In this document: positions 46,283-55,952 of the stretch, in pieces | Numbering within the stretch: the stretch's first letter is position 1 | Layout: every line of letters begins with the position of its first letter | Origin: Candidatus Adlerbacteria bacterium | GTDB taxonomy: Bacteria; Patescibacteriota; Minisyncoccia; Phycocordibacterales; SBAW01 | DNA: 64,000 bases | NCBI GenBank assembly: GCA_903851045.1 | Contig: CAINNF010000017.1 | Span: 34,353 to 98,352 of the forward strand | Reading direction: 5' to 3' | Notes under the pieces: model-generated | What the model saw: only the letters and a program-made list of their open reading frames with translations | The model's database searches: none | Told to the model about the DNA's origin: nothing | Made by a program: the position numbers and the translations under genes

Positions 46283-46831
46283 ATGACCCCAAAAGACGCA
46301 GTATTTATTACGGGGAATCAGAAGAAGGCGGAGTATCTCTCTCGCTACTTGGGGCATTCGGTTGAGCACAGCAAGGTTGAGTTGGAGGAGATACAGTCGC
46401 TTGATCTACAGGAAGTTGTCCGGCACAAGGTACGCCAGGCGTATGCGCAGGTGGGGCGGCCGGTGTTGGTGGAGGATGTGTCGCTGGAGTTCGTGGCACT
46501 TGGGCGATTGCCGGGGACGTTCATTCGCTGGTTCCAAGAAGAGTTGTCGCCAGCGGAATTATGTAGGCTGCTTGATGGCAAGGACCGTTCTGCAATCGCC
46601 CGCTGCATGTTCGGCTACTATGATGGCATGGCAGAGCACTATTTCGAAGGTGAGTTGCGCGGGCGTGTTGCCGAAAAACCTGCTGGCACAGATGGCTTTG
46701 GTTGGGACTCCATTTTTATCCCCGAAGGGTACGATGTCACTCGAGCTGAACTGAGCGAAGATGATGATCGGTTAACCTACCTTACGCTCAAACCGTTCAC
46801 GCAGATACGAACTTTTCTCTTGGGGGAATAG
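46283..46831 (+). CDS. non-canonical purine NTP pyrophosphatase (Ham1/RdgB family)
   Basis: FITGNQKK, EIQS, VEDVSL...LPGTFIRWF and GFGWDSIF. Confidence 0.93.
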   Translation: MTPKDAVFITGNQKKAEYLSRYLGHSVEHSKVELEEIQSLDLQEVVRHKVRQAYAQVGRPVLVEDVSLEFVALGRLPGTFIRWFQEELSPAELCRLLDGKDRSAIARCMFGYYDGMAEHYFEGELRGRVAEKPAGTDGFGWDSIFIPEGYDVTRAELSEDDDRLTYLTLKPFTQIRTFLLGE

Positions 46832-46901
46832 CTGGACCTTCCTGCTCTTGTGGTGCATACTCCTTCTTGTTCTTGGATATACAGCAAAGGTGTATAGGGG
46901 C

Positions 46902-47066
46902 ATGGATCCTCTTACTGTATTGGGAGCTAGCATGGCTCTTATAGTCTGGGGCGTTGGGTATGGTCTTGGGTTGTCTTGGAAGTGGAGCCTTGGGCTCGCT
47001 TCTGTGGCACTGATCGCTTTGATGGGTGTCTGTGCGTACTTCGGCGCTATTGGCGAAGGTTTCTAA
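46902..47066 (+). CDS. small two-TM membrane protein
   Basis: Hydrophobic, Gly-rich 54-aa ORF; start uncertain (46848 is an alternative). Confidence 0.5.
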   Translation: MDPLTVLGASMALIVWGVGYGLGLSWKWSLGLASVALIALMGVCAYFGAIGEGF

Positions 47067-47175
47067 CCATACCATGGCACGCATGGACTCGCGGGTGCAT
47101 GTATGGTTAGATACCATTGGACTACAGAGGCACATCCGGGCAATAGTGCATCAACACCCTGAAAGGGAATAGGTC

Positions 47176-47859
47176 ATGGAAACCGGTTTTCTGGTAGCGA
47201 ACCCACTGTCGGTGGGCATACCCTCGGTCTTGTTCTTCTTGCTGTTCGTGGGGGCAAGTCTGCTCCCGCTGGCTGTCGCGGGGTTGGCGGGATATTTCGA
47301 CGCTTGGGGGGCGCACCCTCCTCGGACGTGGGCGCAGGAGGTTGCAGAGTGGGTAAGTCCTTCGTTGACGACCGTGTTCCTGTGCCTGCCAGCGCTCTTG
47401 TGGCGTCTGCAGTGCGACTGGACGCGCACGCCCGTGTCGCCTGAGTGGCAAGCAGCATGGTTCCTCGTGCTGTTCGTGGCAGCAACCGGTGTACTCGCGG
47501 TCGCGAGATTGATTCGCAAGCGTAATGGAACAGAGGGTGTGATGGATACGATTGCTGATATAGACTTTCAGCTTGATGGTGTGCCGTCAGACTTGGCGGC
47601 ACTGGTGCGGACCAAGAAGAGTCTGCGCACTGCTCTTATCGAGATGGGAGCGGCCGGGGTCCGGCTGGTAGAGCTTAAGGCTGGGTGGAGCAACCCCGAC
47701 CTTGAGATCCGCAAGGCGCAAGCGTTCGAGGTGCAGGTGCTGGGTCGACCACTTACCAGCGACACGACATTCGGCCCGTTCGGCAAGTGTTTCGTGCAAT
47801 TGGGCAAAGGCGAGTGGGCGCTCATGAACGCACACAGTCCAGGCTTCGAAACCGCGTAA
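47176..47859 (+). CDS. hypothetical membrane protein (3 TM plus soluble domain)
   Basis: AAAGGGA SD; hydrophobic N-terminal half. Confidence 0.65.
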   Translation: METGFLVANPLSVGIPSVLFFLLFVGASLLPLAVAGLAGYFDAWGAHPPRTWAQEVAEWVSPSLTTVFLCLPALLWRLQCDWTRTPVSPEWQAAWFLVLFVAATGVLAVARLIRKRNGTEGVMDTIADIDFQLDGVPSDLAALVRTKKSLRTALIEMGAAGVRLVELKAGWSNPDLEIRKAQAFEVQVLGRPLTSDTTFGPFGKCFVQLGKGEWALMNAHSPGFETA

Positions 47860-47933
47860 TATATAACCGACACAGACGATCACCCTCCAGTGGTCGTCTT
47901 TTCTTGTCTTAGTGAAAGGACCGGTCCTTTCTG

Positions 47934-49505
47934 TTACATATCCCCGCCGGTGTAGGAGAGACTAAAGCTTTTGTTGATGAGCGGGAAGTCGGGCACCACG
48001 TTGCCTTTTCCAGCGTAGCCGACGCACGGCCAGTTAAGGAGCGACGGGTCGCGCATATCGACGCGTGAGATTGAGCCGGTCGAGTCGGTGGCGACGAGAC
48101 ACACCATGTCACCACGCCAGCCTTCGGTGATCGAAACGGCGAAGGCGTTCTTCGGTAGTACGGGTGGCTGTAGTTTCGCGATACTATCGCTGGGGAGCGC
48201 TTCGAGCGCCTGGAGGATCAGGTCGATGGACGTATAGACCTCTTCGATGCGTACCGTGAAGCGGGCTTCGACATCGCCTTCTTGTGCGCCCGCCATGGTG
48301 AAGCGAAGCGACTCGTACGCTGCGTACGGGTACTGCGCGCGTGCGTCGTTCTGTATGCCTACGGCTCGACCGGCCACACCGGTACACCCATGGTCTCGCG
48401 CGATCTTCGGGTCGAGGATGCCGGTATCCTTCAGACGATTGATGAGCGAGCTGGAGTCCGCGGCTATCGCCATAACTTCGGCGAAGTCGGTGCGCAGCTC
48501 CACAAGCTCTTCGCTCAACGTGTGTGCAGCCTCTTTCGAAAGATCCTTGGTGACACCGCCGATCGTGTTCACGCCCCGGAGGAACCGACTACCGGTCAGG
48601 CGGTCACAGATACGCATGACACGCTCGCGCAAGCGTGCGCCTTGCGCACCTCCGAAGTTGAACCCGGTGTCGGTCATGATTGCCCCGATGTCACTGAAGT
48701 GATTCGCCAATCGTTCGAGCTCGGAGTAGACGACGCGTAGGTGTTTTGCTCGGGCGGGTACGACGATGTTCATGAGCGTCTCGACCGCCTGGCAGAATGC
48801 GAGCGAATAGGTAAAGGACGAATCGCCGGCGATGCGCTCGGAGAGCTGCACCTTCTTCTCCAAAGGCAGCGTCTCGAACAATTTTTCGGTCCCTTTGTGC
48901 GAGTAACCGAGTCTTGGTTCGAGGTTCAGTATCTCTTCGCCCGCAAGGTGGAAGCGGAAGTGCCCTGGCTCGATGATACCCGCGTGGACCGGTCCTACAG
49001 GCAGTTCGTAGATACCTTCTTCTCCGCCGATATGTGCGAATGAGAATGGTGTATCGGTGTCGGTCATCGGTGGGCGCTCGTTCCAAAGGAACTTCTTTCT
49101 TAGTGGGTATGTTCCCTTTGGCCAGTTGTCATGCAGGATGATCGAGCGCGGGTGCGGGTGTCCCGTTGGCGAGAGACCGAAGAGCGAGTTGATCTTTCGC
49201 TCATACAAGCTCGCCTCGTGGATGGAAGGTGTAAGCGAGGGGAACTCGCTCACGGTCTGGAGCGATAAGGTGATGAACTTGTGCGCCTGGGGGATACCGA
49301 ACACATACAGTATGCGATAGAGGCCGCCGTCCCGTGTCTCGTCGAGCGCGGTGATCATCTTCAGCGGCAATCGGTGTGCACGATACAGACCGTTCGCCAA
49401 GGCCACGAGGTCCGCAGCTTTGACCGGGACGATGATGCAGTTGCCCGAGATGCTGACCTCGGTATGCTCTGGCAGATATTTTTGTATAAGATGTTTGGTG
49501 TCCAT
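47934..49505 (-). CDS. HyfG/HycE-like (NuoC+D) large subunit of an Ehr-type complex, no Ni ligands
   Basis: YERKINSLFGL..GHP, PVGPVHAGIIEPGHFRF, GYSHKGTEK, ELERLANH and EGWRG; RIAGD and NKSFSLSY stand where the two CxxC motifs would be. Confidence 0.9.
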   Translation of the reverse strand: MDTKHLIQKYLPEHTEVSISGNCIIVPVKAADLVALANGLYRAHRLPLKMITALDETRDGGLYRILYVFGIPQAHKFITLSLQTVSEFPSLTPSIHEASLYERKINSLFGLSPTGHPHPRSIILHDNWPKGTYPLRKKFLWNERPPMTDTDTPFSFAHIGGEEGIYELPVGPVHAGIIEPGHFRFHLAGEEILNLEPRLGYSHKGTEKLFETLPLEKKVQLSERIAGDSSFTYSLAFCQAVETLMNIVVPARAKHLRVVYSELERLANHFSDIGAIMTDTGFNFGGAQGARLRERVMRICDRLTGSRFLRGVNTIGGVTKDLSKEAAHTLSEELVELRTDFAEVMAIAADSSSLINRLKDTGILDPKIARDHGCTGVAGRAVGIQNDARAQYPYAAYESLRFTMAGAQEGDVEARFTVRIEEVYTSIDLILQALEALPSDSIAKLQPPVLPKNAFAVSITEGWRGDMVCLVATDSTGSISRVDMRDPSLLNWPCVGYAGKGNVVPDFPLINKSFSLSYTGGDM

Positions 49506-49511
49506 AGTTTT

Positions 49512-50954
49512 TTATATCGAGCTTGCTGCTGCGTGTAGTAACGTACGTATCTCTTCCGGCACGTACAATCCGAGGAGGATAAGGATGATGAGCAGGGTGA
49601 GCGACGGCACGACCGTGAGATAGTTCGATTCTCCTGGCGCCACTTCCGACGGTGCATCACCGTATGCGAGTCCGGTCACGTGTCGCAGGAAGCCGACGAA
49701 CACCAGTGCTAACCCGAACACGGCCGCAGCGGCGACGTATGGATGTAGAGCGAACCCGGCGATTATGATATACAGCTCGGTCATAAAGATACCGAACGGC
49801 GGTAACCCGACAACCGCGAGAAACGCAGTAAAGAACAGTATCGTTGTGGTCGGGAGCGTGGTAAGCAGCCCGCGCACGTTCTCTATCTTGGTCGAGCTGT
49901 ATTTGAGGAAGATATTGCCGGCACAAAAGAAGAGCGACGACTTCGCGAGCGAGTGGTAGATCATGTGCAGGAGTGCAGCGAAAGTCCCGACCCCACCGAA
50001 GCCGAACCCCAGCACCATAATACCCGCATGTTCGATACTGGAGTATGCCAGGAGGCGCTTGTAGTTCCATTGCGTAAAGATGATGAGGCCCGCGACGAGG
50101 ATGGTGAAGAGTCCGAAGCCTATGAGAAGGTACTGAGTGAAGTTCGAGTGGAGCGCGAGATCGGTCACTCCCTTAAAGCGCAGGAGCGCCAAGAGCGCGA
50201 CGTTGAGCAGTGCACCCGAGAATAGGGCGACGACCGGTGTCGGTGCCTTACTGTACGCGTCCGGTTTCCAGGTGTGCATGGGAGCTAGCCCGATCTTGGT
50301 GCCGTAGCCGATCAGCACCATAACGAACCCGATCTTTGCCACGAGCGGGTCTATGGCGCCTGCACTCGCTCGGAGCATGTCCCAGGTAACGAACTCGGCA
50401 CCGCCTGCGTCACGAAACGCGGTGAAGTAGAGAAGCGTGCCCAAGAACCCAAGCAGCAGCCCGACCGAGTTGATGATGAGATACTTCCATGCGGCCTCCA
50501 TCGCTGAGCGTTTGTTATAGAAGCTGACCAAGAAGGCGGTCGCGAGCGTCGTCGCTTCGACCGCGATCCACAACAAAATAGGTGCGGTCGTCACGACCGC
50601 GAAGAACATCGCGAATAGGAAAAGATGCACAAGCACGAAGTATTCGCGCACGCGGCGGAAGCCGATGATACCCTTCGACACCTCCTCCCGCAGGTATCCG
50701 ACCGAATAGAGCGCGGTGAAGAACCCGATGATAGCGACCGTACAGATGACAATCGCGCCGAACGCGTCGATCGAGAACGCGCCATTGTACGTTTGTGTCG
50801 CGATCGATGCACGCTGTGCGAGCACCAGGGCCGCGCCCAGTTCGAGTCCTGTCGTGAGGATCGCAACTATGTCGAGCACCAACGACTTCCGCGCGATGAC
50901 GGACAATAGTGCGGCGAGTAATGGGGTCGAAAGAAGGATAAGTAGTGTGGTCAT
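49512..50954 (-). CDS. HyfF-like antiporter-type proton-translocating subunit
   Basis: WIAVEATTL, EAAWKY, GYGTKIGLAPMHTWKPDAYS, KRLLAYSSIEH and GLPPF. Confidence 0.92.
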   Translation of the reverse strand: MTTLLILLSTPLLAALLSVIARKSLVLDIVAILTTGLELGAALVLAQRASIATQTYNGAFSIDAFGAIVICTVAIIGFFTALYSVGYLREEVSKGIIGFRRVREYFVLVHLFLFAMFFAVVTTAPILLWIAVEATTLATAFLVSFYNKRSAMEAAWKYLIINSVGLLLGFLGTLLYFTAFRDAGGAEFVTWDMLRASAGAIDPLVAKIGFVMVLIGYGTKIGLAPMHTWKPDAYSKAPTPVVALFSGALLNVALLALLRFKGVTDLALHSNFTQYLLIGFGLFTILVAGLIIFTQWNYKRLLAYSSIEHAGIMVLGFGFGGVGTFAALLHMIYHSLAKSSLFFCAGNIFLKYSSTKIENVRGLLTTLPTTTILFFTAFLAVVGLPPFGIFMTELYIIIAGFALHPYVAAAAVFGLALVFVGFLRHVTGLAYGDAPSEVAPGESNYLTVVPSLTLLIILILLGLYVPEEIRTLLHAAASSI

Positions 50955-51610
50955 AGTGTTGTATCAGAAAGATTTTTCATCAAGGTGACGTCGAGCGAGC
51001 CGAACTGTCGATACAGCATCGAGATGAAGACGGTCGCGATAGCGACCCATACCAGGATGTCGAAGGTGATACCGAGCTCTAGTGCCGGACTTTGTTCGAG
51101 TCCGGTGAAGAGTGCGAACGCGACGATGCTGTTCTCGACCGAGAGGATGCCGAGCATCTGCGAGAGTGCGCCTTTCTTGTTGACGAGCAGGAAGAGCGAG
51201 ATGAAGAATGATGCTAGTGAAAGGAGCACGAGCGTCGGACTTTCGGGACTAAGGTTCGCGAGCGGCGCGAAGTAGTGGCTAAAGCTCAGTGCCACGATGA
51301 GCGCGAGCACCAGCAAGGTTTCGGGGCTACTCAGGTAGGTGGTGCTCGAGAAACGGAGCTGATTGCGGCGCACAAGACGCGCGAGGAAGTATGGCGCTAG
51401 GATGACCTTCACCGCAGCGGTGACCACGATGGCGATGATCGCGATCGTGGAGAAATCGCCGGCACCGGTAAGCAGTATCGCGATGGCGCCCGACTGGAGC
51501 GCATACAGCGAAATGGCGGTCCGATTCTTCTTCACGAGGTGTTGTAATACGCTCGACATGAACACGATGACGCCGAGGATGAGGATCAGTTGTGGTGCGA
51601 TGAGTGACAT
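50951..51610 (-). CDS. HyfE-like membrane subunit
   Basis: YALQS, VKVILAPYFL, QMLGILSVEN and ELGITFD. Confidence 0.88.
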   Translation of the reverse strand: MSLIAPQLILILGVIVFMSSVLQHLVKKNRTAISLYALQSGAIAILLTGAGDFSTIAIIAIVVTAAVKVILAPYFLARLVRRNQLRFSSTTYLSSPETLLVLALIVALSFSHYFAPLANLSPESPTLVLLSLASFFISLFLLVNKKGALSQMLGILSVENSIVAFALFTGLEQSPALELGITFDILVWVAIATVFISMLYRQFGSLDVTLMKNLSDTTL

Positions 51611-51615
51611 ACGGT

Positions 51616-52542
51616 TTAGATGATGAGTCCGATAGCGATGATCCCGAGCAGGCAGGAGGTAAAGAGGAGGTCGGGCAATCGGAAGATGCGTAGTTTCGAG
51701 ATGCTCGACTCGAGCGTTGCGATACACAGACACAGAAGCGACACCTTCGCGACGAGGATGATAAGACCGACGACTATGGCACCGAGCGACAAGGTGTGGG
51801 CGAGTCCCCAAGGGAAGAATAAGGTGGCACCGAGCGTAAGGAAGAGCAGATACTTGTTCGCCGCGGACCACTCCATGAGTGCGAGACGCTTGCCGGAGTA
51901 TTCGAGGATCATCGCTTCGTGGACCATCGTGAGTTCAAGGTGGGTCGCCGGGTTGTCGAACGGATATCGGGCGGTCTCGGACAAGAGCGCGATAGCGAAC
52001 GCGAGCAAAGCTATCGCCACTGGGGCGATGCTCGAGAAGGGAAGCGACCGCATGGTCGTGGCGACGCTTGAAAGGTCGGTGGTGCCGCTGAGCAACACCA
52101 AGGTGAGGAGCGAAAGGATGAGCCCACCTTCGGTAAAGGCGGCGAGCATCATCTCGCGGCTGGAACCGAACCCGCCGAAGGCACTGCCAGTGTCGAGCCC
52201 TGCGAGCGCAAGCCAAAAGGTGCCGAGTGCGAAGAGGTAGATGACGACCAAAAAGTCGCCCACCGGTGATGCCGATAGTGCACTGGAGACGATGGGAATG
52301 CATGCGCCGATGGCGAGCGTCACACCAAAGGTCACGAACGGTGCCATACGGAAGATCCACGATGCATCCTCGCTGATGACCTCGTCCTTGTGGAACAGTT
52401 TATAGAGGTCGCGGTACGGCTGGAAGATGCTCGCTCCTTTGCGGTTCTGGAACTCAGCCTTGATCTTGCGGGTCAGACCGATGAACACCGGCGAGAGGAC
52501 CGGGATGAACAGCAGTTGTAGTATCCAAAGGGTGATGGTCAT
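51616..52542 (-). CDS. HyfC/HycD (NuoH-like) membrane subunit
   Basis: QPYRDLYKLFHK, GLDTGSAFGGFGSSRE and PFDNPATHLELTMVHEAMILEYSG. Confidence 0.93.
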   Translation of the reverse strand: MTITLWILQLLFIPVLSPVFIGLTRKIKAEFQNRKGASIFQPYRDLYKLFHKDEVISEDASWIFRMAPFVTFGVTLAIGACIPIVSSALSASPVGDFLVVIYLFALGTFWLALAGLDTGSAFGGFGSSREMMLAAFTEGGLILSLLTLVLLSGTTDLSSVATTMRSLPFSSIAPVAIALLAFAIALLSETARYPFDNPATHLELTMVHEAMILEYSGKRLALMEWSAANKYLLFLTLGATLFFPWGLAHTLSLGAIVVGLIILVAKVSLLCLCIATLESSISKLRIFRLPDLLFTSCLLGIIAIGLII

Positions 52543-52545
52543 ACG

Positions 52546-54585
52546 TTATAGCGATATAAGCACTAACAGCGCCACGAGCGCAAGCAATATATAGAGGATG
52601 TACGCATTGATGTTACCATTTTGCATGAGTCGCACCTCTCGTGAGAGCCAGGACAGTCCGCCCGACATGCGCACGTAAAAGTTGGTGTAGATGTCCGGTA
52701 CGCCAAAGTGGACCTTGCTCGATTTGGGGAAGTATCGTAGCGCTGCGTCATGATACTCGACCTCGGTCTGGCGGGTCGGTCGCAGAACCCCGCGCATGAC
52801 GATAATGATCGAGTGCGAGAACCCGGTCGCCGTTATCTCCATGCGGCGGGTGAGCGCGGTGCCGCAGTCCCAGGTGAGGTCGATGACGCTCTTTTGTTTG
52901 CGCGAAGCGACTTCGGTCAGTGCCCATGCGGCCACGAGTCCAAGCACCACGATACTCAGCAGTAGTGGCATCGAAAGAACGGCGAACCCGTCACGCACGG
53001 AGGCGGCGGGTAGCGAGAAGGTCCCCATCGCTCGTACTCCTTCGAAACGGGCCGTCGTACCGGCGATCGTGGCGAGTACGTTCGAGATCGCACCAGCGCC
53101 AAAGCCGACCACGACCGTCAAGAGCGCCAGTGTCGCCATGCTTGCTTTCATCAGCAGCGAGTCTTCGCGTGCGTACACGACCGCGTCGGAGCGTGGGCGT
53201 GCGAGGAAGGCGGCACCGAACGCTTTGACGAAACAAGCAGCCGCAAGACCGCTGGTGAACGCGAGCGACACGATTGACAGCACGAACAAGAACTTCATCG
53301 GTGAGGCGAGAGACACACCCGCGAACATTCCCTGGAAGGTGAGCCACTCGCTGAAGAATCCGTTGAACGGCGGTAGCCCCGATATCGCCATGGAGCCGAT
53401 CAGGAAACAAGCGGCCGTCACCGGCATGTAGCGGATCAATCCGCCGTATTTTTCGATATTGCGAGTATGCATCTGTGACACGGTCGCACCTGCGGAAAGG
53501 AAGAGAAGCGCTTTGAATATCGCATGGTTGAGCGTGTGAAAGAGCGCCGCCATGAGTCCGAGCATCGCGAGTTCGGGCTGGTGGTAGGAGGTGAAGATGA
53601 GCGCGCTGCCCATGCCGAGGAGGATGATGCCGATGTTCTCGATCGAGTGGTACGCGAGCAGTCGCTTGAAGTCATGCTCCGTGAGCGCGTAGAGCACGCC
53701 CAAGAGCGAGGAGGTCGCGCCGAGCGCGAGGATCATGACGCCCCACCACACCGGCCCCGGTGGCAGAATGTCGAAGTACATACGCATCAGCATGTAGATG
53801 CCAGTCTTGATCATGACGCCCGACATGAGCGCCGAAACCTGGCTCGGTGCCGCAGGGTGCGCGCTTGGCAGCCAGATATGCAGCGGCACGATACCCGCCT
53901 TGATGCCAAACCCGATGAGCGATGTGAGAAAGATGATGCTCGCGAGCGTCGGCGAGATCGCGGCACTCCCAAGGTGCATGTTAGTGAAGTCCTGCGCCCC
54001 GGTCGCCTGGTAGAGGAGTAGGAACGAGAGCAGAATGAACGCCGTACCCGTGTGCGTCATGATGAAATAGAGGAACCCTGCGCGGATGTTCTCCTTGTTC
54101 CTGTGTTCGAACGAGACGAGGAAATAGGAGGTGAGCGCCATGATCTCCCATACGATAAGGAAGAGCGTGATCGTGTGGGCGGTCACCACCGCCAGGGTCC
54201 CAAGCACGAAGAAGTTATAGAAAAAGCCGAGCAGACCGATGTTGTAGTGGCCGAAGAGGTGTCGGACGTATCCTATGGCGTAGAGGGAACACAGGAACGC
54301 GATAAGCGAAACGACGGCCATAAAGAACGCCGACAAAAAATCGAGATGGAACGAGAGCTGCAAGAGTGGGAACGAGGTCGGGATCGTGTATGTCGGTGTC
54401 GAGCCCGACATGAGTACCGTCGTCGCGCACAGAAAGGCAACCAACGATCCGAGCGCCGCAAAGCTATTGCCCCACCAGTTCGCCACCACGTCGTCGTGCA
54501 TCCATGCAAGCGAGCCGAAAGCTCCTACCATGAAGAGGATGCACATACTGAAGAAACCGGATTGTGAGAGTAGGAAGGTTGCCAT
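52546..54585 (-). CDS. HyfB-like antiporter-type proton-translocating subunit
   Basis: FLIVWEIM, GFGIKAGIVPLHIWLPSAHPAAPS, KRLLAYHSIENIG, LPPFNGFFSEW and WDCG. Confidence 0.93.
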   Translation of the reverse strand: MATFLLSQSGFFSMCILFMVGAFGSLAWMHDDVVANWWGNSFAALGSLVAFLCATTVLMSGSTPTYTIPTSFPLLQLSFHLDFLSAFFMAVVSLIAFLCSLYAIGYVRHLFGHYNIGLLGFFYNFFVLGTLAVVTAHTITLFLIVWEIMALTSYFLVSFEHRNKENIRAGFLYFIMTHTGTAFILLSFLLLYQATGAQDFTNMHLGSAAISPTLASIIFLTSLIGFGIKAGIVPLHIWLPSAHPAAPSQVSALMSGVMIKTGIYMLMRMYFDILPPGPVWWGVMILALGATSSLLGVLYALTEHDFKRLLAYHSIENIGIILLGMGSALIFTSYHQPELAMLGLMAALFHTLNHAIFKALLFLSAGATVSQMHTRNIEKYGGLIRYMPVTAACFLIGSMAISGLPPFNGFFSEWLTFQGMFAGVSLASPMKFLFVLSIVSLAFTSGLAAACFVKAFGAAFLARPRSDAVVYAREDSLLMKASMATLALLTVVVGFGAGAISNVLATIAGTTARFEGVRAMGTFSLPAASVRDGFAVLSMPLLLSIVVLGLVAAWALTEVASRKQKSVIDLTWDCGTALTRRMEITATGFSHSIIIVMRGVLRPTRQTEVEYHDAALRYFPKSSKVHFGVPDIYTNFYVRMSGGLSWLSREVRLMQNGNINAYILYILLALVALLVLISL

Positions 54586-54588
54586 ACG

Positions 54589-55140
54589 TTATGCGTGTTC
54601 GCGCAAGCGCGGTAAGCCGTTTCGTTCGATATCGGAAAGTATGCCGAGCAGCGATGAAAGGATCACCTCCGGTGTCGGCGGGTCGCCGGGGATGGTGTAG
54701 TCGACCGGGATGACCCCCGACGCGCCGTCGCACACCGCGTACGAACCTTTGAATATACCGCCGTCGATGGCGTCATCGCCGAGCGCGACCACGATCTTGG
54801 GGTCAGGGGTCGCGTTGTAGGACTTTTTGAGCGCTTCGGCCATGTTGCGGCTGACAGGACCGGTCACGATGAGCATGTCTGCATGCCGAGGCGAGGCGAC
54901 GATATGGACACCGAAACGTTCGACGTCATAGTACGCGTTGCCGAGCGCGATCAGCTCTTGTTCGCAGGCGTTGGTGGAACCGGCGGTCACCACCCGGATA
55001 GCCAGCGAGCCGCTAAAAAGGGAGCCGACCTTCTCTCGCAATGCCTCGCCGACCGCAAAAAACTCAGCGTTCTGGGGCTGAGGTGCGAGAAGTGACACGG
55101 ATTGCTGAGCAGATACTATCTTTGAGAAAAGCCTAAGCAT
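54589..55140 (-). CDS. HyfI/HycG (NuoB-like) small subunit with degenerate Fe-S ligands
   Basis: YYDVERFGVHIVASPRHADMLIVTGPV and TPDPKIVVALG; GSTNAC, GDDA and PGDPP replace GSCxxC, GxCA and PGCPP. Confidence 0.9.
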   Translation of the reverse strand: MLRLFSKIVSAQQSVSLLAPQPQNAEFFAVGEALREKVGSLFSGSLAIRVVTAGSTNACEQELIALGNAYYDVERFGVHIVASPRHADMLIVTGPVSRNMAEALKKSYNATPDPKIVVALGDDAIDGGIFKGSYAVCDGASGVIPVDYTIPGDPPTPEVILSSLLGILSDIERNGLPRLREHA

Positions 55141-55278
55141 ACGGGTGTATACGGGCGTCCTATCAGAAATTCATTATGAAATGGATTGGTGAAATCGGCG
55201 TCCTGTGTGTCGCAACTGATGAAGGATACTACAAGCCACGAGCTCAGGCAAGGCGTACTATGAACAGCCTTTCTGGGT

Positions 55279-55313
55279 AAAAAAAGTCCTACCGAGGGTG
55301 AGTCGGTAGGACC
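55279..55313 (-). terminator. intrinsic terminator after the CA-like gene
   Basis: Minus strand GTCCTACCGA-CTCACCC-TCGGTAGGAC-TTTTTTT. Confidence 0.85.
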
Positions 55314-55343
55314 GTAGGGCCGAGCCATTGTTACAGGCGACAG

Positions 55344-55952
55344 TTAGGCGGCGAGTTCTCCGTACAACTCGGGAAGTCGCTCGGGGTGGTGTCTTTGCAT
55401 CCAGGCAAAGAATTTTTGTCGGTTTAGAAAATAGCTTGCGAAGCGTCTTTTGGTCCGATGCCCAAGATAGTCGATGTGTACGAGGCAGCGCGCGTCGCAG
55501 TGGGGTATCTCTTCCCGGAGCCGCTCCTTCGCCTGTACGTGCAGAATAAGAACATCCAACACGCTCAGGTTGTGTTCGTTCGCAATCGCACAAGGGAAGT
55601 GCGCAAAACTCAAGACGTGTGGGGTTTGTTTGAAACCCAGCGCGTTTTCGATGTCCTGCAGGAGTGTTAGGTCGTGATGCAGAGCCACCCCCTTCCGGTG
55701 TGTCCTTGCGAACGGTGAGTCGCGGGCGAGAACCAGTGCGCCACCATGTTTGGTTAATGGATGCACGTTCCTCCCACAGGCACAGGTCGCATGCTCGTAT
55801 CCGTCGCCGAACCGATGCCCGTCTGCGCACAGTACTGCGACTACGATGTCTTGCTTGATCTCGCCGATATCGACATGTTCGAAGACGCCCTCCTCATGAA
55901 GCGACCGAAGCAACTGGTAGTCAGCTCCGGTAATAGTGCTTGGCCCCTGCAT
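55344..55952 (-). CDS. putative carbonic-anhydrase-like metalloprotein (beta-class Cys2His motif)
   Basis: VAVLCADGHR (CxD), HGGAL and FAHFPCA (HxxC); GGGAG SD; promoter TTGACA, 16-nt spacer, TACTGT at 56028-56001. Confidence 0.5.
   Translation of the reverse strand: MQGPSTITGADYQLLRSLHEEGVFEHVDIGEIKQDIVVAVLCADGHRFGDGYEHATCACGRNVHPLTKHGGALVLARDSPFARTHRKGVALHHDLTLLQDIENALGFKQTPHVLSFAHFPCAIANEHNLSVLDVLILHVQAKERLREEIPHCDARCLVHIDYLGHRTKRRFASYFLNRQKFFAWMQRHHPERLPELYGELAA

Noticed and set aside
47934-49505. Calling the operon a functional [NiFe] hydrogenase-4 or formate hydrogenlyase
   Set aside because: Both Ni-binding CxxC motifs are absent, and there are no maturation or fdh genes in the window.
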